DNA of 64,000 bases. Origin: Candidatus Parcubacteria bacterium (GTDB lineage Bacteria > Patescibacteriota > Minisyncoccia > Phycocordibacterales > PALSA-1337). Where the stretch lies: NCBI GenBank assembly GCA_039799225.1, contig JBDLTF010000004.1:8454-72453 (forward strand), written 5' to 3'. Positions within the stretch are counted from its first letter, which is position 1; every line of letters begins with the position of its first letter. The notes under the pieces are model-generated. The model was not told the DNA's origin. It ran no database searches and saw nothing but the letters and a program-made list of their open reading frames with translations. Shown one piece after another: positions 26,212 to 34,629 of this stretch. The translations under genes and the position numbers were made by a program.

Positions 26212-27246
26212 ATGAAAGAAAGAACCCCTGCACCTCCTTTGAGGTTTCCTAAAACAACGGTAGGCGAGTCTGCTGAGAAAGAGATCCCTTTGAAGAAATT
26301 CAAGGAGACCCCTCTGAACATCCGATTCGTCCACGGAATAGATGTAGGCGCATTGGTAATAAATTTACTGTGCGTCATCTTCCTATTCATTGTTATCCGT
26401 TTCATCCTTGGGAGCGCCCAAGGGATCAGGATTCATCCTGCGCTATTGTTGGCAATTCCATCGATATGCGTGACTGCAATCATAGTGTTCTTCCAGCATC
26501 GCATGTGGATGGTCGCCGACGCTCAGACCGCGGTGAAGTATCTCGACCCGCTTATCAGCGTCATCGACGTGTACTTCCAAGGTTTTCATTTCGTTCCTTG
26601 GTATTCAAAATCCGAGAACGATGTGACAAACTTCCAGAAGCACACCGAGATCAATGCACGACAAGCCGATAATACGGCTATCACATTCCAAACACTGGAC
26701 GGATACGACGTTGCGGTAAATCTCGTTTGTTTCTTCAATAGACGAGAAGAAGAGTCTGCTCTCAAGAAGTCCTTGAAGTACACAATGGAAGGACTCAACA
26801 CGAGAACACGTGCCATGATCGCATCGAGACTCTCTACCTTCGGTGGATTAAACACCTATCAGACTCTTCTTGAAAACAAGGACGGAGTCGCTGAGTGGAT
26901 CTCGGCGATGTTCGGCGGTGAAAATTCAACTTCACCGTATGAAGAAGAGGCTGGGTTACGCATCTTCGATCCGCTCATGGTTTCATTCGACCTGACAGCT
27001 GATTCGAAGAGAATCTATGCGGACAAAGCAAAAGCAGCTGCCTTCACTAGTTCATTCAGAGAACTGGCTGGAGAAGATGCCAAGCTCAATCCAAAAGATG
27101 CTGCCGATGCAGTACAAGTTGCAACTGGCACCGCCACGCGCAATATCAATAGTCACACGCACGAATATGTAGGTATCACCCCAGGAATCACAGTATTCGC
27201 ACCCGGAGGTGGGGACATCGCCGTCGGAACGAGAGGAGGTAAGTGA
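26212..27246 (+). CDS. membrane protein with SPFH/band-7-like domain (tentative)
   Basis: Two N-terminal TM segments, then a region resembling the SPFH core (GFHFVPW, ITFQTLDGYDVAVNLVCFFNR) and an Ala/Lys-rich coiled coil. Confidence 0.4.
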   Translation: MKERTPAPPLRFPKTTVGESAEKEIPLKKFKETPLNIRFVHGIDVGALVINLLCVIFLFIVIRFILGSAQGIRIHPALLLAIPSICVTAIIVFFQHRMWMVADAQTAVKYLDPLISVIDVYFQGFHFVPWYSKSENDVTNFQKHTEINARQADNTAITFQTLDGYDVAVNLVCFFNRREEESALKKSLKYTMEGLNTRTRAMIASRLSTFGGLNTYQTLLENKDGVAEWISAMFGGENSTSPYEEEAGLRIFDPLMVSFDLTADSKRIYADKAKAAAFTSSFRELAGEDAKLNPKDAADAVQVATGTATRNINSHTHEYVGITPGITVFAPGGGDIAVGTRGGK

Positions 27247-27249
27247 GTT

Positions 27250-27735
27250 ATGGCTGAAACAAAAGAAAAAGCAAAAGAAGGCAAGGAAAACAAGGGTGCG
27301 TTGAAGAAGAAGTTATGGATCGTTGGGATACTGGCTGTAATAATTCTCTTCTTGTCATTCCTGTTCACCTCTCCGAGCGTCGAGAATACAGGTGCCCACG
27401 TCAAAGGATTCGTATCCTGTGGCGTCGTCACCGTTGACAATACGCTCAGCGAGAGTATTGAAGTCGGACCAGACGAAGATATCGTCCAACAGAAAGTCAC
27501 TCGCGGCGTCGAATGGGAAAAATTCATCAATGGTCGGCTCGTCAGATATTACCCTGTCGGAAAACCATGGGTAGATGTCATCCCAGACGATCAGATCGGA
27601 GAGATTGAAACCGTTTCGTACCGAGTACGAGGCGACCAGCATGTCACTATGCAGATCGCTTACGCCAAGTTCCCAAAGGGAGCAAAAGTACCACAGGAGT
27701 GGTACCAAGCTGCATTGGCAACTATCGGTAAGTAG
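27250..27735 (+). CDS. membrane-anchored hypothetical protein (161 aa)
   Basis: Lys-rich N-terminus, one TM, beta-rich domain. Probably co-transcribed with 26212..27246 (4-nt gap). Confidence 0.5.
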   Translation: MAETKEKAKEGKENKGALKKKLWIVGILAVIILFLSFLFTSPSVENTGAHVKGFVSCGVVTVDNTLSESIEVGPDEDIVQQKVTRGVEWEKFINGRLVRYYPVGKPWVDVIPDDQIGEIETVSYRVRGDQHVTMQIAYAKFPKGAKVPQEWYQAALATIGK

Positions 27736-27755
27736 CCAAGAAAACACAAAGCCCG

Positions 27756-27786
27756 CGAAGCAATTCGCGGGCTTTTTTCATGGATG
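27756..27786. terminator. bidirectional terminator
   Basis: gcccgcgaa-gcaa-ttcgcgggc followed by a T-run. Serves the convergent genes on both strands. Confidence 0.65.
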
Positions 27787-27804
27787 AATGTATGACTCGG
27801 TTCC

Positions 27805-28089
27805 TTACCTTCCTAGTTCTAGAACTGTATTCGATATGACGTAGATAATTCCCCAGGCAGATGTCATGATGAACATGCCAATAATGCCACCAATCATACT
27901 CTTCTTGCCTGCCTCTCGAGATTCATCCTTGCCCCAGACGACCTGGAAAACTCCATAGGTGAACACGACTATAGCAATCGCGAACATTAAGCCAACGACT
28001 GGTTGGATGATGTTCGATATGATGGGATTGAGCACATTGCCGAATGCGTTGGCATCAACCTTTGCATAGGCTGTGGATACGAGATCCAT
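27805..28089 (-). CDS. small two-TM protein, VirB2/TrbC-pilin-like architecture (array member 1 of 5)
   Basis: 94 aa. Two hydrophobic helices separated by a short charged loop (GKDESREAGKK). Confidence 0.45.
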   Translation of the reverse strand: MDLVSTAYAKVDANAFGNVLNPIISNIIQPVVGLMFAIAIVVFTYGVFQVVWGKDESREAGKKSMIGGIIGMFIMTSAWGIIYVISNTVLELGR

Positions 28090-28094
28090 GGAGG

Positions 28095-28454
28095 CTAGTT
28101 GACCTGGTCAGGATACTGAACGCGAGGATACTGGTTGACAGGAGCGGTAGTATCGGTGCGGAAGGTGTTGCTCAAGATGCGTACGAGACCCCAGATAGAC
28201 AAGATGACGAAGAGACCAACGATACCCCAGATAATGCCACCCTGATACTCCTTGCGCTTGTCTTCTGAATTACCACTCATGATGAAGCGGACAACGTTGA
28301 AGATGATCCAAATAACCGCAAAAGCGATAAGAATCTGGATGAAGGTGTTACCAAGATTGGTAAGCTTATAAGTAAGTGTGTTGACGTCGGTGATTGCCTG
28401 GGCAAAAGCGACTGACGGCAAGAAAGAAACGAGGGCTGCTATGATCTTTTTCAT
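28095..28454 (-). CDS. small secreted two-TM protein, VirB2/TrbC-pilin-like architecture (array member 2 of 5)
   Basis: Signal peptide MKKIIAALVSFLPSVAFA. Two TM helices with loop SGNSEDKRKEYQGG. Confidence 0.5.
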   Translation of the reverse strand: MKKIIAALVSFLPSVAFAQAITDVNTLTYKLTNLGNTFIQILIAFAVIWIIFNVVRFIMSGNSEDKRKEYQGGIIWGIVGLFVILSIWGLVRILSNTFRTDTTAPVNQYPRVQYPDQVN

Positions 28455-28565
28455 AATAATGCGTTGATTTATATGGATAACTGATTATAGGTACTATTAT
28501 ATCACAGGAGATTACGTGTCTATGGCCAAATGTGGATTACTCCTGATTACTTTCCTAAGGAAATA

Positions 28566-29006
28566 CTAACGAGGCACTTGATTCAAGCTACCATTTGAAA
28601 GCGGAACCTGGTTGAGGCTACCATTGGATGTTGGGCTTGAACCCCCTCCTGGGAATATATTGGTGAATGAATTCCATCCGGCAGGCCTATTGGTGTCATT
28701 TTGGAGCCCAAAAGTATTCTGGAGGATATTGACGAGACCCCACATAGAGAGGATGACGAAGAAACCGATCAAACTCCACATGACATAAGGTCCAGCCTCT
28801 TTCCTCTCAGCATCGGCCATAATGAAGTATTTGATGACATGATAGACGAACATCACCACGGCAATACCCATCATGAGGACGAGAATCCTATTCGCATAGG
28901 TGATTATGAGATCTATGAGCGAAGCGAGGGTCTTATTCGTTGCCGCGAATGCAACTGTTGGAAGAATACTTGAAACGAAAGTGAAAAGAGCTATTTTTTT
29001 ATTCAT
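28566..29006 (-). CDS. small secreted two-TM protein, VirB2/TrbC-pilin-like architecture (array member 3 of 5)
   Basis: Signal peptide MNKKIALFTFVSSILPTVAFA. Loop ADAERKEAGPY. C-terminal repeat SNGSLNQVP x2. Confidence 0.5.
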   Translation of the reverse strand: MNKKIALFTFVSSILPTVAFAATNKTLASLIDLIITYANRILVLMMGIAVVMFVYHVIKYFIMADAERKEAGPYVMWSLIGFFVILSMWGLVNILQNTFGLQNDTNRPAGWNSFTNIFPGGGSSPTSNGSLNQVPLSNGSLNQVPR

Positions 29007-29020
29007 AAAATTTACATGTA

Positions 29021-29488
29021 TTAATTATTCAAGGCGTTTTGTGCGCTCTGTATAGTACGCTGATCCACGACACCGCTCGCCGACAAGGTGTTAATCACTA
29101 CTTGTATGATGATGCGCGCACCGATCACCACAGCTACTCCTATAATAATCCAGGAAAGCCATCCTTTGAGCCTGTTCATCTCCTCTGGATTACCACGAGC
29201 AAGAATGAATTTTAAGCCCACCCAAATGAGAGCAAGTACAGCAGCGAGAACGACAATATAGCTGAATATTTCGACAAAGCTCTGAATGAGACCACCGACA
29301 GAATCGACTTTAAGCGGATTGGTAAGTTTTACAAACCCTTGACTATTGGTTGGCTGACGATTGACGTCATCAGGTTGTCTATTTACATCATCAGCCGCAA
29401 ACAATGGAGACGGAATAACTACCGAGAGGAGAAGCAGGCTGCCTAAAACCCATCTGACGCACTTATTTTTTATAGTGATAAATTTCAT
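29021..29488 (-). CDS. small secreted two-TM protein, VirB2/TrbC-pilin-like architecture (array member 4 of 5)
   Basis: Start taken at the ATG for MKFITIK (the ORF track extends to 29527). Signal peptide, DDVNRQP x2 repeat, loop ARGNPEEMNRLKGW. Confidence 0.5.
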   Translation of the reverse strand: MKFITIKNKCVRWVLGSLLLLSVVIPSPLFAADDVNRQPDDVNRQPTNSQGFVKLTNPLKVDSVGGLIQSFVEIFSYIVVLAAVLALIWVGLKFILARGNPEEMNRLKGWLSWIIIGVAVVIGARIIIQVVINTLSASGVVDQRTIQSAQNALNN

Positions 29489-29492
29489 AGGT

Positions 29493-29966
29493 TTAAGGAT
29501 TTCCGAGCAGAGTCTTGAACGCCGCATTATCAGTCAACCAACTCAGTATCTGATACACGATGAACCATGCTGATAGCATAATTATAAACCCTGTGAAGAT
29601 TTTCGGAAAGATGGCATGAGCCTTCGTTTTGTTGGCAGGGACACCACTGATGTAGAGCCAGCCAGCCCATGAAAATGCAGCTATCGAAGCGAATACACCA
29701 AGCACCATCATAATATTGATGAGGTGTTGTACCTGAAGCATGATGCCATTGAAATCGCAGGGTACATATTTTGGATCCTTTGCAGTATTCGCACCAGCAG
29801 GACCATCACAGACAACAATCTTGAAGGTTGACTTGGTCGGATCAGAATATGCTGGATTAACTTCGGTCGCAGCATACACTGACAGAGATCCTGTAGTAAT
29901 GAACAAAAAGCCTAGAAATATAACTGCTGCTTTTGAGAGTATGTTCTTCATATTATTTGGTTGCAT
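29493..29966 (-). CDS. small secreted two-TM protein, VirB2/TrbC-pilin-like architecture (array member 5 of 5)
   Basis: Signal peptide ...AVIFLGFLFITTGSLSVYA. Loop GVPANKTKAHAIFPK. Two Cys residues. Confidence 0.5.
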   Translation of the reverse strand: MQPNNMKNILSKAAVIFLGFLFITTGSLSVYAATEVNPAYSDPTKSTFKIVVCDGPAGANTAKDPKYVPCDFNGIMLQVQHLINIMMVLGVFASIAAFSWAGWLYISGVPANKTKAHAIFPKIFTGFIIMLSAWFIVYQILSWLTDNAAFKTLLGNP

Positions 29967-31251
29967 TCTTGAGAATTATATCGTATTCATTCCCGGCATC
30001 TTGAAGAGCCTGTATCATAATCTTGCGTCCGCTCGAAATCGCCTCTGTCATATCAGCGAATATACTTCTCGAAGCTGCAGGATCAGCATCGACCCATGTC
30101 TTACCGATAAGCGCTGCCTGATTGAATATCGTCACATACGGATCTGTAGAACCTCGAGCAATCACATCCCTACGCACTGTTGGAAGGTAGAGAGACTCAT
30201 TCAACTGAGCGAGGTTGTCTGGAGAAGTGAGGATGGACATGACTTGGAACACTGCATTCGGGACCGGTGAAGCTCGGACTATCGAGAATCCATTGAGACG
30301 TGCATACGCAGCTTTGACTCCCCCCGTGCGAATCTGTGGAAGTGGAGCGACATCGAAGTTCAAGTTCGGATTCTTGGTACGAATATCGTTGAGCTCTGAT
30401 GCGAAGCCGAAGTATGTGGCGAGCGTACTCGAAAGGAATGCTGATTTCGAAGGTGGGAGGCCTCTGTTCCAGGAATAGTCAGCATTTGTTGGATCGATGA
30501 ACTTAGTGAAGAATTCGAGCGCTGGAGCAGGATCAGCTGAAGCATTCACTTTGAGTGTACTCTCCGCAAAACCATCCGCATTAACCACGGTCACTGGGTT
30601 GCCGACCTGCATGATGAGCGTGCCGAGTATCTCGCGTGCATTGGTGAGATTGGTGAAATCTCCGAGAGCTATGGCTGTCTTACGAATGTTACCATTTTGA
30701 TCCTTGGTGGTGAGACGCTTATTAAGGCCGGTGAATTCATCCCAGTAGCGCGGATAGGCTGCGATACCTGCAGCGTTGAATGTATCTCTATTCCAATACA
30801 TCATGAGTGGATCTACGGTAAATGGGAGGGCGAGAATGCCATTATCATTGAGATATATACGTGCCTCATCGATATAACTATCGATAAATGTGCGTTGTGG
30901 CAGAGCAGTATATGGGACAAGCGCGAGCTTATCATAGTGCGGCAACAGCATATCGACAGGTATCAAGATGCCATCAGGACCAGTACCACGTGCCAAGGCT
31001 GCAATAAAGTCTTGAGAGAAATTTGAGGTAGTCTTCTGTACATAAGTAACAGAAAGTGGCTGCGCCAGATTGGTGTTTATCTTGGAGACATAGAGATCGA
31101 AAGTGTCCTTAGGAAATGTTCCCCAGATAGTTACTGCCGGTATCGTCTCATCTACTGACGATCCCTTGTAGAGCGCGAATGCAGCGACTCCCCCGATAAG
31201 AAAAAGAATGAACAGTGCGAGGGTAATGAGTTGGAATTTACTTATCTTCAT
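29953..31251 (-). CDS. membrane-anchored extracellular solute-binding protein (family-1-like SBP), no adjacent permease or ATPase
   Basis: N-terminal TM anchor. SBP_bac_1-like blocks (VTIWGTF, GTGPDGILIP, YPRYWDEF). Confidence 0.6.
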   Translation of the reverse strand: MKISKFQLITLALFILFLIGGVAAFALYKGSSVDETIPAVTIWGTFPKDTFDLYVSKINTNLAQPLSVTYVQKTTSNFSQDFIAALARGTGPDGILIPVDMLLPHYDKLALVPYTALPQRTFIDSYIDEARIYLNDNGILALPFTVDPLMMYWNRDTFNAAGIAAYPRYWDEFTGLNKRLTTKDQNGNIRKTAIALGDFTNLTNAREILGTLIMQVGNPVTVVNADGFAESTLKVNASADPAPALEFFTKFIDPTNADYSWNRGLPPSKSAFLSSTLATYFGFASELNDIRTKNPNLNFDVAPLPQIRTGGVKAAYARLNGFSIVRASPVPNAVFQVMSILTSPDNLAQLNESLYLPTVRRDVIARGSTDPYVTIFNQAALIGKTWVDADPAASRSIFADMTEAISSGRKIMIQALQDAGNEYDIILKNATK

Positions 31252-31267
31252 AGTGATGAATGTTTAT

Positions 31268-31783
31268 CTATCGAGCAAATACGAGACCGTAATGGTGATC
31301 TCCGGCATTAAAAGAATCCTCGAACTTGAATCCGTTTTTTACAAAAAGCGCCTGAGCTTTTGCCGCTGATACGAGATTCTGGGGACTCATCGGACTCACC
31401 TCGCTCCAATCGATAACAAGTACTTTGCCACCCGGCTTCAGAATGCGCTTGAGCTCAAGACAGAAATCATCGGGCTTCTCTATCTGAAAGAGCACATTCG
31501 AGGCAATAACGCGGTCAGCAATCGATTCGCGGAGCTTGGTGCCACCAATCTTCTCAGCATTGCCCCAGACAACCTCTATGTTTCTGACACCCTGATTACT
31601 TGCAACTGTACGCAGACGCTCGAGCAAATCCTTCTGAACGTCTACAGCATACACACGACCACTCGAACCAACTCTCTTGGCGGCTTCTATACTATAGAAT
31701 CCTGATCCGGCGCCAATATCGACTACCTTCATACCATCGATGAGGCCAACTTTGGCCAGATTTGCAACTGGGTCGGAAAACAT
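31268..31783 (-). CDS. class I SAM-dependent methyltransferase
   Basis: Motif I VVDIGAGSGFYS, motif II VYAVD, post-II VIASNVLF. The ORF-track N-terminal extension overlaps tRNA-Ser, so the start was set at MFSDPV. Confidence 0.7.
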   Translation of the reverse strand: MFSDPVANLAKVGLIDGMKVVDIGAGSGFYSIEAAKRVGSSGRVYAVDVQKDLLERLRTVASNQGVRNIEVVWGNAEKIGGTKLRESIADRVIASNVLFQIEKPDDFCLELKRILKPGGKVLVIDWSEVSPMSPQNLVSAAKAQALFVKNGFKFEDSFNAGDHHYGLVFAR

Positions 31784-31847
31784 AGCCTTATTATACGGCC
31801 AAAATGACCTATCACGAAATAGGGTTTGGGGACAATGATTACTCCTG

Positions 31848-31934
31848 CGGAGGGTAGGAGATTCGAACTCCTGATACCCGTTAAGGTATGCCACCTTTCC
31901 AAGGTGGTGCACTAGACCACTATGCGAACCCTCC
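31848..31934 (-). tRNA. tRNA-Ser(GGA): tRNA-Ser(GGA), type II
   Basis: Reverse complement: acceptor ggagggt/accctcc, anticodon loop uuGGAaa, long variable arm, T-arm ggagt-tcgaatc-tcc. Confidence 0.85.
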
Positions 31935-32015
31935 ATGCAGACGCCACAATACCACGAAACTTCCCTTCTTTCCATTTTTTGAGCGCAGGGAAGGCATATT
32001 TTCTTGAAAACCGTT

Positions 32016-32939
32016 CTACCACCTTCCACTTGATCCGCCGCCGCCAGAGGAACCTCCTCCGAAGCCGCCGAAGCCTCCCGACTTACCACCATGTCCACCG
32101 AGGACCATTGGCCAGAATCCTCCTCCACCGGAGCCTGGCGGTCTCTTAGAAACGATAAAATCAAAAAGGAGGCCGAAGAGAGTGAGGAGTACAATCGCAC
32201 CGATACCTATAGGGAAGAAGCCGGTGAAGATTCCTACGATTCCACCCGCGAGAGCACCAAGAATGCCGCCGAGCCACCACGATTTCGTGGCGCCCAAGAT
32301 ACGACTCAATATATTTATGACAATAATGAAAGCAAAAAATATTCCCTGGAAATTCCAACCCGACGAACCAGTTGATTTTGGTTCCACAGAATATTGCGCT
32401 GCCTCAGGAGAACCACTGATGATTGCCGTCAGTGCATCTACTGCATCAGAAATTCCCTGTCCATACTTTCCTTCTTTGAAAGCCGGCGTCATGACATTCC
32501 TTATGATGTTTCCCGCCTGAATATCAGTCACCGCACCCTCTATACCGTAACCAGTCTCTATACGCATCTGACGATCATTCACTGCTACAAGGAGTAGAAG
32601 TCCGGTATCTGTTTCCTTATTGCCAATCCCCCATTCTTTGAACAATTTTTCAGCATACGACTCAATAGTCTCATCGTCACCAATAGTTGAAATAGTTACA
32701 ACAACAACCTCCGCTCCTGTCGTTTGATTCAAGCTGATCAGTTTCTGACCTATACTCTGAATTTCTTGACTAGAAATGATTCCTGCAAAATCATTCACCA
32801 GACCAGTCGGCTTACCAGGACTTGTGTAGGCGAAAGAGGTAGGGGGAAGAAAGAAGGAGGAAGAAAGAATTGCTACACATACAAAGAAAACCCACGGAAT
32901 AGCGCGGGTCTTCTTCTTACTTCTTACTTCATACTCCAT
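32016..32939 (-). CDS. TPM-domain (TLP18.3/Psb32/MOLO-1-like) protein with C-terminal TM segments and Gly-rich tail
   Basis: LVNDFAGIIS...VVVVTI...LLLVAVNDRQMRIETGYG is typical of the TPM phosphatase domain. GGGSSGGGG tail. Confidence 0.75.
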   Translation of the reverse strand: MEYEVRSKKKTRAIPWVFFVCVAILSSSFFLPPTSFAYTSPGKPTGLVNDFAGIISSQEIQSIGQKLISLNQTTGAEVVVVTISTIGDDETIESYAEKLFKEWGIGNKETDTGLLLLVAVNDRQMRIETGYGIEGAVTDIQAGNIIRNVMTPAFKEGKYGQGISDAVDALTAIISGSPEAAQYSVEPKSTGSSGWNFQGIFFAFIIVINILSRILGATKSWWLGGILGALAGGIVGIFTGFFPIGIGAIVLLTLFGLLFDFIVSKRPPGSGGGGFWPMVLGGHGGKSGGFGGFGGGSSGGGGSSGRW

Positions 32940-32946
32940 GCTTCTT

Positions 32947-33507
32947 TTACTGTACCAAATCTACCTTAGGTGCATTTTCTGCTCCAGTCTGAGCTTCAAA
33001 ATATTCAATCACATCGAAACCGAACAATGATGCAAAGATATTCTTCGGGAATTTCTTGATAGTCGTGTTGAATGTCTTAACACTCTCGTTGAAACGGCCA
33101 CGTTCGACAGAAATCCTATTCTCGCTACCTTCAAGCTGAGTCATGAGGTCCCGAACGGTCTCAGATGATTTCAATGTCGGATAGTTCTCGACAATAACGA
33201 GAAGGCGGCTCAATGCAGATTCCACTTGGTTTGCAGCAGTAGCCTTGTCTCCGACAGACTGAGCACCAGAATACTTTGCACGAGCATTGGCAATATCCGC
33301 AAAAACGGTCTGTTCTTGATTGAGGACACCTTTGACTGATGCTACGAGATTGGGAATAAGATCGAAGCGGCGCTGATAGAGAGTCTCAACCTGTTGCCAC
33401 TGAGCGGTCACCGCTTCACGTGCAGCAACGAGACCATTGTATGAAGACCATGTATAAACGACCGCGACGAGGGCAAGAATACCAACGATAAGGAGCGTTT
33501 TCTTCAT
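32947..33507 (-). CDS. lemA: LemA family protein
   Basis: N-terminal TM followed by LemA blocks (NGLV..RE.V...W.QVE..YQRR.DLIPNLV, VENYP.LK). Forms the conserved LemA-TPM gene pair. Confidence 0.85.
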   Translation of the reverse strand: MKKTLLIVGILALVAVVYTWSSYNGLVAAREAVTAQWQQVETLYQRRFDLIPNLVASVKGVLNQEQTVFADIANARAKYSGAQSVGDKATAANQVESALSRLLVIVENYPTLKSSETVRDLMTQLEGSENRISVERGRFNESVKTFNTTIKKFPKNIFASLFGFDVIEYFEAQTGAENAPKVDLVQ

Positions 33508-33525
33508 AGATTGGATGTTATTTGA

Positions 33526-34221
33526 TTATTTAGCTGGGCTTACTGTGGTCTCATCCTTACCCTGAGGTCCAACAACGAATGCGAATGTCTTAACCATATC
33601 TGTGAATGCTACATCCGTAGAAGCGACGATAGCTTTGTTGTTGTTCTGAGCCTGAGTTATGTTTGATCCAGTCAAACCCTTGTTTGCAGGGTCAAGAGTG
33701 ATGGATGAGAAGCTGAACATATAACAGACGCCTTCCTTCTGAAGTGAGTACATGCGGTTGAAGTAGTTGCGACCCTGAACCAAGTTGCTCATAGAGATTG
33801 TGTTCAAAGTGCTCTCTCCGACCTTGATAGTGCCACGATCCTTGATGGTGGTCACCGGTGGGAATGAACACTTGCCTGAGAAGACATTGATGTCTGACTG
33901 GAGCTTGGCGACGGTAGAAACCTGCGCCTTATCTATAGGAATGATGAATGATACACCAAGGTCAGCCTCGGCCTTCTCCCAGACAGTCGGATATTTGACC
34001 GAGAAACCGAGCTCAGCATTCTGATACTCAGATGTCTGACTTGAGACCTTGGTAGTCTCAGAAACCGGCGCTGAGACTGTATCATCACCACGATCTGATG
34101 ATGAAGTCTTGGAATCTGTCGGTGCTCCGCGGAAATACGAGACTGCGACAACTGCGAGGATTATGATAACGATGCCGATGATAAGTTTCTTCATGATAGG
34201 GATTGGCGCACTAGGGCGCAC
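33526..34221 (-). CDS. membrane-anchored hypothetical protein
   Basis: Likely start MKKLIIGIVIIILAVVAV. Ser/Thr-rich linker then a beta-rich domain. Confidence 0.5.
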   Translation of the reverse strand: MRPSAPIPIMKKLIIGIVIIILAVVAVSYFRGAPTDSKTSSSDRGDDTVSAPVSETTKVSSQTSEYQNAELGFSVKYPTVWEKAEADLGVSFIIPIDKAQVSTVAKLQSDINVFSGKCSFPPVTTIKDRGTIKVGESTLNTISMSNLVQGRNYFNRMYSLQKEGVCYMFSFSSITLDPANKGLTGSNITQAQNNNKAIVASTDVAFTDMVKTFAFVVGPQGKDETTVSPAK

Positions 34222-34352
34222 AGCTTATAAATAAAAGGTATGTCCCAGTATACCACCTATAGAGCGGTCAATACATATTGACATACATGCAAATTATATT
34301 TCATAAAGTTCTCGACTTGCATAAACTCGCAGGTATGCTACCATGCATGGCA

Positions 34353-34574
34353 ATGAAGTCTCTCCTCCCGTATATACAGATCATCTTGTCGGTGTTTCTG
34401 ATTGCCGCTATCCTCATACAGCGCACAGGCGCTCAAGTCGGCGGAGCTTTCGGTGGTGGCGACAATTTCAGTTCAGCATTCCATACCCGCCGCGGATTCG
34501 AAAAGAGCCTCTTCATTGCAACTATCATCATCGCAGTACTCTTCGCAGCCTCAGCATTGATCAACCTCCTCTAG
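34353..34574 (+). CDS. secG: preprotein translocase subunit SecG
   Basis: MKSLLPYIQIILSVFLIAAILIQRTGAQVGGAFGGGDNFS... two TM helices with the Gly-rich loop typical of SecG. The ORF track starts upstream at 34278. Confidence 0.7.
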   Translation: MKSLLPYIQIILSVFLIAAILIQRTGAQVGGAFGGGDNFSSAFHTRRGFEKSLFIATIIIAVLFAASALINLL

Positions 34575-34629
34575 AGATTCTCTCTAGTTCCGCTCGGGCT
34601 CAGGATTTCTGAATTCCCTTTTATACACC

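Noticed and set aside
31784-32200. N-terminal 139 aa of ORF 31268..32200
   Set aside because: The extension runs through the tRNA-Ser(GGA) gene on the same strand. The methyltransferase start was reset to the Met downstream of the tRNA (31783).
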